DNA from: an uncultured Alphaproteobacteria bacterium
Lineage (GTDB): Bacteria; Pseudomonadota; Alphaproteobacteria; MPNO01; DASWLB01
Assembly (NCBI GenBank): GCA_963822575.1
Contig: CAWGHZ010000007.1
Span: 1,375,655 to 1,439,654, forward strand
DNA length: 64,000 nucleotides
Direction: 5' to 3'
Shown here: one piece after another, positions 1 through 8,639 of the stretch
How positions within the stretch are numbered: position 1 is the stretch's first letter
Layout: every line of letters begins with the position of its first letter
The notes under the pieces: model-generated
What the model was told of the DNA's origin: nothing
Databases searched by the model: none
The model's input: only the letters and a program-made list of their open reading frames with translations
Position numbers and translations under genes: made by a program

Positions 1-649
1 CTGGCGGCTGTGGCAGCAGAATTTGCTCGACAAGGCATTCGACAAGGTGAAGGTGCTTTCGCTGTTCACCTTCCCCGCCCCGGTCATCAACACGCGCAAG
101 CCGGTCAAGACCGCCGAGGACATGAAGGGCCTGAAGTTCGCCGTGGCAGGGCGCGTCCTCGCGGACCTGATTACCGCCCTTGGCGCCGCGCCGGTCACAT
201 TGGGCCCGCCCGAATTCTACCAAGCCGCACAGCGCGGCGTCGTCGACGGCGTGTTCGTCGGCTGGTCGGCCATCACGACCTTCAAGATCGACGACGTGAC
301 GAACTACCACACCAATACCAGCGCCGGATATGCGCCGGCCTTCATGTTCATGAACAAGCGGAAGTTCGCGAGCCTGCCGAAGAAGGCCCAGGACGCCATC
401 GACAAGTATTCGGGCGCCCCTTACTTCAAACGCATGGGCGAGGTGACCGACCGGATGGACAAGGCGGGCGAACAGATCACCTCGGCAAAGAAGGGCCAGG
501 TCATCCTCAGCCTGTCGCCGCAAGAGAAGGCCAAGTGGAAGAAGCTCGCCGAGCCGATCGTCGACGATTGGGTCAAGCGCACGCCGGACGGCGCCCAGGT
601 GCTTGCCGCGTTCCGCAAGGCGCTGGACGAGATCCGCGCCGGCAAGTAG
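1..649 (+). CDS. DctP-like (TRAP-type) periplasmic solute-binding protein, C-terminal fragment (5' end outside window)
   Basis: ORF in frame to window edge; DLKGLK... and GA.P..MP..E.Y.A.QRGVVDG motifs shared with the three downstream paralogs. Confidence 0.7.
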   Translation, partial: WRLWQQNLLDKAFDKVKVLSLFTFPAPVINTRKPVKTAEDMKGLKFAVAGRVLADLITALGAAPVTLGPPEFYQAAQRGVVDGVFVGWSAITTFKIDDVTNYHTNTSAGYAPAFMFMNKRKFASLPKKAQDAIDKYSGAPYFKRMGEVTDRMDKAGEQITSAKKGQVILSLSPQEKAKWKKLAEPIVDDWVKRTPDGAQVLAAFRKALDEIRAGK

Positions 650-812
650 GCGCGCATCCCGTGTGCGAAGGTCCCGCGCTGACGCGCGGGACCTTCGCCG
701 TGCCGGCTTGCCGTCGCGATGGGCGCCGGCCCATAATGGCCGCAAAAGAGGCAATGCCGCCCACCGAGGAAACGCCGGCCATCCGGGCTGCGACCTGTCG
801 AGGGAGTGGATC

Positions 813-1820
813 ATGAAACGGACCGTTTTCGCCGCGCTTGCCGCGCTTGCCTTCGTCGCCGCCCCGGTCGCCGACGCCCGCGCCAAGGTGACGCTCAAGC
901 TCGCCTTTCCTGCCCCGCCGCAGTCGCAGGTCTATACCTGGGGGATCGGGCCTTGGATCAAGGACGTGGAGAAGGCGGCCGGCGGCGCCTTGGAGATCAA
1001 GTTCTTCCCCGGCCCGGCGCTCGCCACCTTCGGCAACGCGTTGGACCGGGTGACCAGCAACGTCACCCAGATCGCGTTCGGCGTGGAAGGCCCCTACGCC
1101 AACCTGTTCCGCAAGTCAGACGTCGCCGAAATCCCGTTCCTGTCGGAAAGCGACGAGAATGCGAGCGTCGCGCTGTGGCGGCTCTACAAACAGGGACTTC
1201 TCGACAAGGCGTACGAGCGGGTCGAGCCGCTCGCCCTGTTCGTGTTTCCGGGGTCGGGCATCCACACCCATTTCCGCGTCAAGTCCCTCGACGATCTGAA
1301 GGGCCTCAAGATGGCGGTCTTCGCCCGCTCGTCGGCGGAGTACGCCGAGCTTCTGGGCGCGACGCCGATCACCATGACGCCGTCCGACGCCTACCAGGCG
1401 ACCCAGCGCGGCCTGGTCCAATCCATCATGGTCGGCTGGTCGGCCATCCTGCCCTTCAAGCTGCAGGAGGTGGTGAATTTCCACCTTCAGCTCGCCCTCG
1501 GACAGGCGCCGGCCTTCGTGTTCATGAACAAGGGCGCCTATGCCGGCCTGCCCGCCGACGTGAAGCGGGTGATGGACGAATATAGCGGCGAGCCGTTCTC
1601 GCGCCGCATGGGCCACACCACCGACCGGCAGAACGAGCTGGGGGCAACCGTCGTGGGCAAGATGCCGGGCCACACGATCTATCGCCTGCCGCCCGAGCAG
1701 TCCGAGGTCTGGCATAAGCGCCTGGCGCCGGCCGAGGAGAAGTGGGTGAAGGCGACGCCCGACGGCGCCAAGATCCTGGCCGCCTACAAGGCCGAGCTCA
1801 CCAAGCTGGAAAAGAAGTAG
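813..1820 (+). CDS. DctP-like (TRAP-type) periplasmic solute-binding protein, paralog 2
   Basis: ATG at 813 with GAGGGAG RBS; signal peptide MKRTVFAALAALAFVAAPVADA; SBP_bac_7-like motifs (DDLKGLK, MVGWSAI, KWVKATPDG). Confidence 0.8.
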   Translation: MKRTVFAALAALAFVAAPVADARAKVTLKLAFPAPPQSQVYTWGIGPWIKDVEKAAGGALEIKFFPGPALATFGNALDRVTSNVTQIAFGVEGPYANLFRKSDVAEIPFLSESDENASVALWRLYKQGLLDKAYERVEPLALFVFPGSGIHTHFRVKSLDDLKGLKMAVFARSSAEYAELLGATPITMTPSDAYQATQRGLVQSIMVGWSAILPFKLQEVVNFHLQLALGQAPAFVFMNKGAYAGLPADVKRVMDEYSGEPFSRRMGHTTDRQNELGATVVGKMPGHTIYRLPPEQSEVWHKRLAPAEEKWVKATPDGAKILAAYKAELTKLEKK

Positions 1821-1836
1821 GCGCAGGAGCCTCCCG

Positions 1837-2841
1837 ATGAAAACCGTTGCCGTCGCCGCGGCGGTTGCCACAATGCTCGCCTTCGCCGCGCCCGGCAAGG
1901 CGGCGGAGCCCATGCAGCTCAAGTTTGCGAGCCCTGGCCCGCCCGTTGGCGCAATCTTTCGCGGGCTCTCCGCCTTCGCCGCCGACCTCGACAAGGAGGC
2001 CGGCGGCACGCTGGACGTGAAGATGTTCGCGGGCGCGTCGATCGCCAATTTCGGCAACGTCTACGACCGCACGATCAACGGCGTCGCCGACATCGGCTGG
2101 GGCATCATCGGCCCGATCTCCTCGCTGTTTCCCAAGACCAACGTCGTCACCCTGCCGTTCGAGGTGGATTCGGGCCAGGTTGCCGCGATGGCGCTATGGA
2201 ACCTCTACAAGAGCGGCGTGATCGCGAGCGAGTATCAGAGGGTGCAGCCGCTCGGCTTCGTCGTGTTCCCCAAGATATCGCTGCACGCGCACAAGCCAAT
2301 CCGCACGATGGCCGACCTCGACGGCCTCAAGGTCAGCGCCGAGGGGCGGGTGCTTACGCACAGCCTCGAGGCGCTCGGCGCGACGCCGATCACGATGCCG
2401 GTCACCGACATCTACCAGAGCCTGCAGCGCGGGCTGGTCGATGCCACCGCCATCGCGTGGCCCGCCATCCTCGCTTTCAAGCTCAACGACGTGACGCGCT
2501 ATCACCTGGACGTCAGCCTCGGCAACGACGACGGCTTCATCTTCATGAACAAGGGCGCCTATGGGCGGCTGCCGGCCAAGGGGCGCGCGGCGCTCGACAA
2601 GCTCACCGGCCCTGCGCTGGTCACGCGCATGGAGAAGCAGGTAGCGGACGAGACCGAGGGGGCGAAGACGTTCACCGAGCACAAGATGCATCAGCCCATT
2701 GCCACGCTCGCGCCCGACGAGGCGGCACGCTGGAAGGCCAAGGTCGCACCCTCGATCGAGCAATGGGTGAAGGCGACGCCCGACGGTGCACATGTCCTGG
2801 CGGCCTTCCGCGCGGAGGTGCCGAAGCTCAGCGCCAAGTAG
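1837..2841 (+). CDS. DctP-like periplasmic solute-binding protein, paralog 3
   Basis: Signal peptide; paralogous to the two upstream ORFs. Confidence 0.8.
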   Translation: MKTVAVAAAVATMLAFAAPGKAAEPMQLKFASPGPPVGAIFRGLSAFAADLDKEAGGTLDVKMFAGASIANFGNVYDRTINGVADIGWGIIGPISSLFPKTNVVTLPFEVDSGQVAAMALWNLYKSGVIASEYQRVQPLGFVVFPKISLHAHKPIRTMADLDGLKVSAEGRVLTHSLEALGATPITMPVTDIYQSLQRGLVDATAIAWPAILAFKLNDVTRYHLDVSLGNDDGFIFMNKGAYGRLPAKGRAALDKLTGPALVTRMEKQVADETEGAKTFTEHKMHQPIATLAPDEAARWKAKVAPSIEQWVKATPDGAHVLAAFRAEVPKLSAK

Positions 2842-2975
2842 CCCCATCGACCAGGACAAGCCGGCCGCCCGATCCACGCGGCCGCGACGGTTGCGGCGGC
2901 GCGCCGCGCCGGTGCGCGGCATCCGTCGTCTAACCCGAAGCGACCCATCCCGTCTGTCATGTCACGGAGAAGCAC

Positions 2976-3983
2976 ATGTACCGAACGAAGTTGTTGGCCC
3001 TTTGCGCCGCCGCACTGATCGCCACGCCGGCCCTTGCCCAGGAGCCGGCGAAGCTGAAATACGCATCACCCGCGCCGCCGCAGTCGCTGATCACCGTCTG
3101 GGGCGTCGGCCCCTGGCTCAAGGATGTGGTCAAGGAGTCCGGCGGCACCATCCAGATCCAGTCGTACCTCGGCGCCGTTCTCGGCAATTTCAATCAGGTG
3201 CTCGACCGAACCCGGGCCGGCGTCGACGATATCGGCTGGGGTATCCTGGGCCCGTATTCCGGCGAATTCCCGCAGACCGACGTCGCCTCCCTGCCGTTCA
3301 TCGCGCCGGAATCCAAGGCCTCGAGCATCGCGCTGTGGCGGCTCCTGAAGCGGGGCGTGATCAAGGACCAGTGGGACAGGGTGAAGGTGCTCGGCCTGTT
3401 CAACTTCCCGCCCGCGAGCTTCCACTCGAACAAGCCGATCCGCGGCCTCGCCGACTTCAAGGGGTTGAAGATCGGCGTGTCGGTGCGCGTCATCGCCGAG
3501 CTGGTGCGGGTCGCCGGTGCCGCCGCCGTCACCATGCAGCCCTCCGACATGTACCAGGCCGGGCAGCGCGGCGTGGTCGACGGGGTTGCCATCGGCTGGC
3601 CGGCCTTCTACCCGTTCAAGCTGCAGGAAGTGACGAAGTACCATATCGACGGCCCGTTCGGCGGCACGCCGTCGTTCGTCATCATGAACAAGAACTCGTA
3701 CGCCCGGCTTCCCGCCAAGGCGCGCGCCGCCTTCGACAAGCTGGGCGGCGAGACCCTGTCGGCCCACATGGGCGCCACGACCGACAAGATGGACAAGGAG
3801 GGCGAAGCCCGCGTGCGGGCGATGAAGGGTCACGAGTTCTTCACCCTCGCGCCGGCCGAGGAAGCAGCCTGGAAGAAAAAGGCTCAGCCGATCGTCGAGA
3901 AATGGATCAAGGCGACGCCGAACGGCCGCGCCGTCCTCGACGCCTACGAGGGCGAGTACGAAAAGTTGCTGAAGGGCCAGTGA
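2976..3983 (+). CDS. DctP-like periplasmic solute-binding protein, paralog 4
   Basis: Signal peptide MYRTKLLALCAAALIATPALAQE; same motif set. Confidence 0.8.
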   Translation: MYRTKLLALCAAALIATPALAQEPAKLKYASPAPPQSLITVWGVGPWLKDVVKESGGTIQIQSYLGAVLGNFNQVLDRTRAGVDDIGWGILGPYSGEFPQTDVASLPFIAPESKASSIALWRLLKRGVIKDQWDRVKVLGLFNFPPASFHSNKPIRGLADFKGLKIGVSVRVIAELVRVAGAAAVTMQPSDMYQAGQRGVVDGVAIGWPAFYPFKLQEVTKYHIDGPFGGTPSFVIMNKNSYARLPAKARAAFDKLGGETLSAHMGATTDKMDKEGEARVRAMKGHEFFTLAPAEEAAWKKKAQPIVEKWIKATPNGRAVLDAYEGEYEKLLKGQ

Positions 3984-4006
3984 CGCGGCGCGCCCCTGCC
4001 GTCATC

Positions 4007-4036
4007 GCGACCCTCGGGCCACGGCCTGAGGGTCGC
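4007..4036. terminator. 9-bp stem hairpin (GCGACCCTC...GAGGGTCGC) between convergent genes; possible bidirectional terminator
   Basis: Inverted repeat read directly; no U-tract. Confidence 0.35.
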
Positions 4037-4043
4037 GAATTCG

Positions 4044-5657
4044 CTAGGCCGTCCCGAGCGGCAGGGGGCTCGATTCCGACTGGTCGATCATGGCGTGGGC
4101 GAGACGCTCTGCCATTTCGCCGCGCACGTCGCGGTGGGCCGGGTCGTCCCACAGATTGACCTTCTCGTCCGGGTCGTTCGCGACGTCGTAGAGTTCTCCC
4201 CACGCCTCGCCGCGATAGATGGTCATCCGCCAGCGTCGCGTGATCAGCGAGCGCATGGCGAGGATGCCAGCCCTGCCCATGAACGGCCGCTGCGCGCCGT
4301 ACTCGACGATGATGCCGTCGTGCCCCTCGGCGTCCTCGCCCGCGATGGCGGGGACGAGGCTCCGCCCCTGGATGCCGTTGTACGGCTCGAGCCCCGACCG
4401 GTCGAGATAGGTGGCGGCGAGGTCGAGCGTGCCGCAGAGCGCGTCGCTGGTGGCGCCCGCGCGGTTCGCCAGCGCGGGATCGGCCCAGAGGAACGGCACC
4501 TGCACGAGCCCGCGATTGGCGAACGAGCCTTTCAGCATCAACTGGTGGTCGCCCATCAGGTCGCCGTGGTCGGAGGTGAAGGCGACGATCGTGTCCCCCT
4601 CCAATCCCAACGCACGAAGCTTGGCGAGCACCGTGCCGATCGCGTCGTCGACCAGCGTGATCATGCCGTAGGTCAGCGCCAGCGCCTCCTTCGTCTCCTC
4701 GGCGGTCACCGCGAAGGCCGCCTGCGCCTTGGCGAAGCGCGTGCCGTCGTCGCGCTGGGCATGGAGCCATGCCTCCTGCGGCGTCGGCCGGCCGTTTCCG
4801 AGGTCGAACGCGGAGGGCAGCGGCATGTCCTTGGGGTCGTACATGTCCCAGTACTTGCCCGGCGGGGTGAACGGGTGGTGCGGGTCGTTGAACGAGCATT
4901 GGATCATGAAGGGCCGCGACCGGTCGGACTTCGCCCAGTCATCGAGGATCGCGTTGGTGCGCTCGGCGATGAACGTCGTCGGGTAGAGCTCGACGGGCAC
5001 CGCGGTGCGCCAGGCCTGCGGCACGGTCATATTGTTGCCGGGAAGCTGGTTCTCCGGCCCCATCAGCGCGCGCATGTTGGAATGCCGCGCCTCGGCCCAG
5101 CGCAGATAGTCGCCATGGCAGAGATCGCCGTGCCCGTCGCACAGCTCCACCCGCTCGAACCCGTAGAACGGCAGGCGCATGCGGTGCGCCGTGTCCGCCC
5201 AGCGCGACGGGATCTCCTGCTCGTAGCCGGCGGGATCGTCGTCGTCGCGCAGCGCCTCGCGCAGCCCTTCAGGCGGCGGCGCCTTGCCCTCCTTCCCCCA
5301 CTCGCGCTTATAGGCGGGCGGCGGGCCGACCATGTTCTGGATATGGCTCTTGCCCACCAGCGCGGTGCGCCAGCCGGCGACGCGCATCAGCTCGACGAAC
5401 GTGTTGGCGCGGAGCGACAGCGCGAGGCCGTTATGCCGCACGCCGTGCAGCGAGGGCAGCCGTCCGGTCATCAGGGTCGCGCGGTTCGGCTGGCATACCG
5501 GGCTCGCTACCGTGAAGCGGGTGAACCGGACGCCCCTCGCCGCGATGGAATCGATATTCGGCGTGCGGACGATTGGATTGCCCGCGCAGGCGATGTGATC
5601 GGCGCGCTGCTGGTCGGTGATGAACAGGAGGAAGTTCGGACGCTCGGACGTGGCCAT
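4044..5657 (-). CDS. Sulfatase (arylsulfatase family), no signal peptide
   Basis: N-terminal LLFITDQQRAD and C-x-P-x-R formylglycine motif (SPVCQPNRATLMTGR); 537 aa. Confidence 0.85.
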   Translation of the reverse strand: MATSERPNFLLFITDQQRADHIACAGNPIVRTPNIDSIAARGVRFTRFTVASPVCQPNRATLMTGRLPSLHGVRHNGLALSLRANTFVELMRVAGWRTALVGKSHIQNMVGPPPAYKREWGKEGKAPPPEGLREALRDDDDPAGYEQEIPSRWADTAHRMRLPFYGFERVELCDGHGDLCHGDYLRWAEARHSNMRALMGPENQLPGNNMTVPQAWRTAVPVELYPTTFIAERTNAILDDWAKSDRSRPFMIQCSFNDPHHPFTPPGKYWDMYDPKDMPLPSAFDLGNGRPTPQEAWLHAQRDDGTRFAKAQAAFAVTAEETKEALALTYGMITLVDDAIGTVLAKLRALGLEGDTIVAFTSDHGDLMGDHQLMLKGSFANRGLVQVPFLWADPALANRAGATSDALCGTLDLAATYLDRSGLEPYNGIQGRSLVPAIAGEDAEGHDGIIVEYGAQRPFMGRAGILAMRSLITRRWRMTIYRGEAWGELYDVANDPDEKVNLWDDPAHRDVRGEMAERLAHAMIDQSESSPLPLGTA

Positions 5658-5778
5658 GATGCTCCCCTTCGGTTATGGGACGATAACCGGCGGCGCGGCC
5701 GGGAACAACGGCGCCGCTGCCCTTCCACACTTCGGCCAACAATGCGATAACCGCGGCGAGGCAAGGAGGGAGGGTCGC

Positions 5779-6570
5779 ATGCTCGAGCTCTATCACCACG
5801 GCACGTCGGTCTGCGCCGCCAAGATCCGCATCGCGCTCGCCGACAAGGCGCTCGACTGGAAGGGCCACTACATCGACATCCTGGCGGGCGACCAGCTCAA
5901 GCCCGAATATCTCAAGATCAACCCCAAGGGCGTGGTGCCCACCCTGGTGCATGACGGGCACATCGTCCGCGAGTTGACCGTGATCGGCGAATATCTGGAC
6001 GACGCGTTCCCCGACAAGCCGCTCAAGCCCGCCGCCGCGCTCGACCGTGCCGCCATGCGCATGTGGACCAAGCGCCTGGATGAGGAGCTGCACCCGGCCA
6101 CCGCCATCGTCACCTTCGCCGTGTCGCACCGCCACGCGGTGCTCGCCAACCCACCGGCGGTGATCGACGAGTACGTCAACAAGTTCGGGCCGGCCGAGGC
6201 GTTGCGCCGCCGTGCGCGGCTCGAGCGCGGTATCGACAGCCCGGAGGCCGCGCCGGCGATCCGCACCTACGACAAGTTCCTCGCCGACATGGAGACAAGC
6301 TTGGCCGAGCGCGGGCCGTGGCTCGCCGGCTCCACCTTCTCGCTCGCCGAGACGGGGGTGATCCCCTACGTCAACCGGCTCGACATGCTGCAGCTTTCCG
6401 GCATGTGGACCGAGAAGCGCCCGCACCTCACCGACTGGTGGGCGCGCGTCAAGACGCGTCCGTGGTTCGAGCGCGAGATGCTCAGCTACGCGCCGGCACC
6501 CCTGCGCGCCATGATGAAGGAGAAGGGCGACGAGGCCTGGCCGACGGTGAAAGCCATCCTCGCCGCGTAA
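5779..6570 (+). CDS. Glutathione S-transferase family protein
   Basis: ATG 5779 preceded by AAGGAGGGAGGG RBS; N-terminal MLELYHHGTSVCAAKIRIAL thioredoxin-like GST fold. Confidence 0.8.
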   Translation: MLELYHHGTSVCAAKIRIALADKALDWKGHYIDILAGDQLKPEYLKINPKGVVPTLVHDGHIVRELTVIGEYLDDAFPDKPLKPAAALDRAAMRMWTKRLDEELHPATAIVTFAVSHRHAVLANPPAVIDEYVNKFGPAEALRRRARLERGIDSPEAAPAIRTYDKFLADMETSLAERGPWLAGSTFSLAETGVIPYVNRLDMLQLSGMWTEKRPHLTDWWARVKTRPWFEREMLSYAPAPLRAMMKEKGDEAWPTVKAILAA

Positions 6571-6583
6571 CCGCGTCGCCGCG

Positions 6584-6760
6584 TTACGGCACGACGCTCG
6601 AAACCTGGTCGGCGGCGTAGGTAAACAGCCGCGCGATCGATGTGCCCATCGCGGACGCGGCGCCGATGATGCCGACCGAAACCAGGACAGCGATCAGGGC
6701 GTACTCGATCGCCGTCGCACCCTCTTCGTCGCGCCAGAGACGCCCGATTGCCCTTGCCAT
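6584..6760 (-). CDS. flp: Flp/Fap family type IVb pilin (58 aa, below ORF-track cutoff)
   Basis: Translation MARAIGRLWRDEEGATAIEYALIAVLVSVGIIGAASAMGTSIARLFTYAADQVSSVVP contains the Flp motif (E-G-ATAIEY-ALIA); GAGGAGACC RBS before ATG. Confidence 0.85.
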   Translation of the reverse strand: MARAIGRLWRDEEGATAIEYALIAVLVSVGIIGAASAMGTSIARLFTYAADQVSSVVP

Positions 6761-6809
6761 GCCGGTCTCCTCAGGCTGGTCACCCGGGACGAACCGTAGC
6801 GCCGCCGGA

Positions 6810-6825
6810 TTAACCGAACGTTCAC
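6810..6825. promoter_or_regulatory. Candidate CtrA-type box TTAA-N7-TTCAC about 50-65 bp upstream of the Flp pilin start
   Basis: TTAACCGAACGTTCAC approximates TTAA-N7-TTAAC; Flp pilin genes are CtrA-regulated in Caulobacter. Confidence 0.25.
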
Positions 6826-6885
6826 GAGAACCGGCGGGTTCGAACGAGAACCCTGCCGAATTCGAACCTTCGGCGCGCGCCGGCG

Positions 6886-7272
6886 TCAGTCCTTGGCGGC
6901 GATGGCCTCGACCTCGATCTGGTACTCGGGCCGGGCGAGGCGGCTCACGAACAGCAGCGTCGAGGCCGGCACGTTGCCGCCGAACGCCTGCTTCTGGATC
7001 GACCGCCAGCTATCCATCTGAGCGGGGTCGAGGAGGAAGGTCGTCACCTTGACTACGTTCGACCAGTCCATACCGCATTCCTTCAGCACCTGGGTGATGT
7101 TTGCATAGACCTGCCGCGCCTGGGTGGCGAAGTCTGACGAGACCGTGCCGTCCATGGCGCCACCGGTCTGGCCCGCCAGGTGGAAGATGCGGGCGTTGGG
7201 GCCGATCTCGCCGACGTGCGAGAAGCGTCCCTGCGGGTCGTTGACGCCCTTGACGTTGTAGCGCTTGACCAT
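6886..7272 (-). CDS. ridA: RidA/YjgF family reactive intermediate deaminase
   Basis: 128 aa, YjgF-like sequence; strong AGGAGG RBS. Confidence 0.85.
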   Translation of the reverse strand: MVKRYNVKGVNDPQGRFSHVGEIGPNARIFHLAGQTGGAMDGTVSSDFATQARQVYANITQVLKECGMDWSNVVKVTTFLLDPAQMDSWRSIQKQAFGGNVPASTLLFVSRLARPEYQIEVEAIAAKD

Positions 7273-7287
7273 CGTTTCCTCCTTCCG

Positions 7288-8505
7288 TCATTCCGCCGGG
7301 GTGGCCGCGGCGCTGCGTCGGCCCCAGGCGATCTCGTTGCCCGGCGTCGGATCGTGCGGAACCAGCGCCGCGCAGGCAAGCGAGCAGCAGGCGAAGCCGG
7401 CGCCGATCAGGAACACCGCCGACGGCGAGGTCAACCATACGAAGCCGAGCCCCGCCGGCAGTAATACCGCCGCGATGTGGTTGATGGTCGAGCTGACGCC
7501 CGCCGAGTTCGCCATGTCGGCCGGGTCGGCGATCTTCTGGTAATAGGTGCGCACCGCGATCGCCATGGCGAACAGCACGTTGTCGAGGATGTAGAGCCCG
7601 ACGGCGAGCCAGGGCGTCGCCACGAACGCATAGGCGACGAACAGGCCGATCAGCGCGGCGTATTCCACCAACAGCGCGCGCCGCTCGCCCCAGCGGACGA
7701 TCAGCCGCCCCACGTTCGCGCCGAGGAACACGTTGATCGCGTAGTTGGTGAGCAGCATCAGCGTCATCGTGGCGGCGTCGAACCCGAAGCGCTGCACCAT
7801 CAGGAAGGGTGCGAACACGCTGATGATCTGGCGCCGGCCGCCGGAGAGGAAGATCAGCGCATAGAATAGCTTGTAGCGGCTGCGCAGGACCAGCTTGCGG
7901 CTCTGGCGCACCGCGCCCTCATAGCGCGGGTAGAGCGCCCAGGCGGCGAGCGCCACGGCGATCGCGATGGCGCCGCCTGTCAAATAGACGTACTTCATGT
8001 CGAGTTCGGCGACGCGCAGCAGAAGCCAGATCCCGCCGAAGCTCGCCAGCGAGGCGAAGGACGTGAAGCCGATGATCCGGCCCATCGTCTCGGGCGCGCG
8101 CGACTTGTCGACCCACTGGAACACCAGCGACTGGCGGATCGCCTCGAGATAGTGGAAGCCGACCGAGGCGATCAGCGCCACGGTGTAGAGCCCGGCGATC
8201 GACGGGAAGAAGCCGGTGATCGCCGTCCCGAGACCGAGGACGGCGAGCGAGAAATACGCGAGCGCCTGCTCGCGCACGACGAGAAGCACGAGCAGGACCG
8301 AGACCGCGAGCAGGCCCGGGATCTCGCGCACGGTCTGCAGGAAACCGATATCGACACCGTTGAAGCCGATTCGCTCCACCGCGAAATTGTTGATCAGCGC
8401 CTGCGACGTGGCGAGCGCGACGGCCATCGCCACCGACAGCACGTAGAGCAGGACCGACGGGCGGCGCCAGGCCGCCGCGCCGGCCCCGAGAGCTCCGGAC
8501 GGCAT
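7288..8505 (-). CDS. MFS transporter
   Basis: About 12 predicted TM segments; start chosen at ATG (MPSGALG) with GGGAG RBS; track start is TTG. Confidence 0.75.
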   Translation of the reverse strand: MPSGALGAGAAAWRRPSVLLYVLSVAMAVALATSQALINNFAVERIGFNGVDIGFLQTVREIPGLLAVSVLLVLLVVREQALAYFSLAVLGLGTAITGFFPSIAGLYTVALIASVGFHYLEAIRQSLVFQWVDKSRAPETMGRIIGFTSFASLASFGGIWLLLRVAELDMKYVYLTGGAIAIAVALAAWALYPRYEGAVRQSRKLVLRSRYKLFYALIFLSGGRRQIISVFAPFLMVQRFGFDAATMTLMLLTNYAINVFLGANVGRLIVRWGERRALLVEYAALIGLFVAYAFVATPWLAVGLYILDNVLFAMAIAVRTYYQKIADPADMANSAGVSSTINHIAAVLLPAGLGFVWLTSPSAVFLIGAGFACCSLACAALVPHDPTPGNEIAWGRRSAAATPAE

Positions 8506-8639
8506 CGGGATACTCCCGCGTTTCGATAGCAATTCGATATATCTATCGGCGACGCGCCGTCAAGCGCCGCCGTTCGCCGTTGCCACTTGCCGGCGCCGGG
8601 GGATACGATCCCGCCAATCGCCGTATAGGGAGACGAAAC

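Noticed and set aside
813-3983. Claim that the DctP-like proteins lack the carboxylate-binding arginine
   Set aside because: An Arg lies 3-4 residues downstream in each paralog; an alignment by eye cannot place the insertion, so kept only as a hedged note.
3907-5750. Long ORFs overlapping the sulfatase on both strands (3907-4899, 4095-5750)
   Set aside because: Shadow ORFs of the sulfatase gene; no homology and Arg/Gly-rich composition.
6830-6870. tRNA T-arm-like GGGTTCGAAC motif
   Set aside because: No acceptor stem, anticodon arm or CCA context; more likely part of the flp promoter/RidA terminator region.
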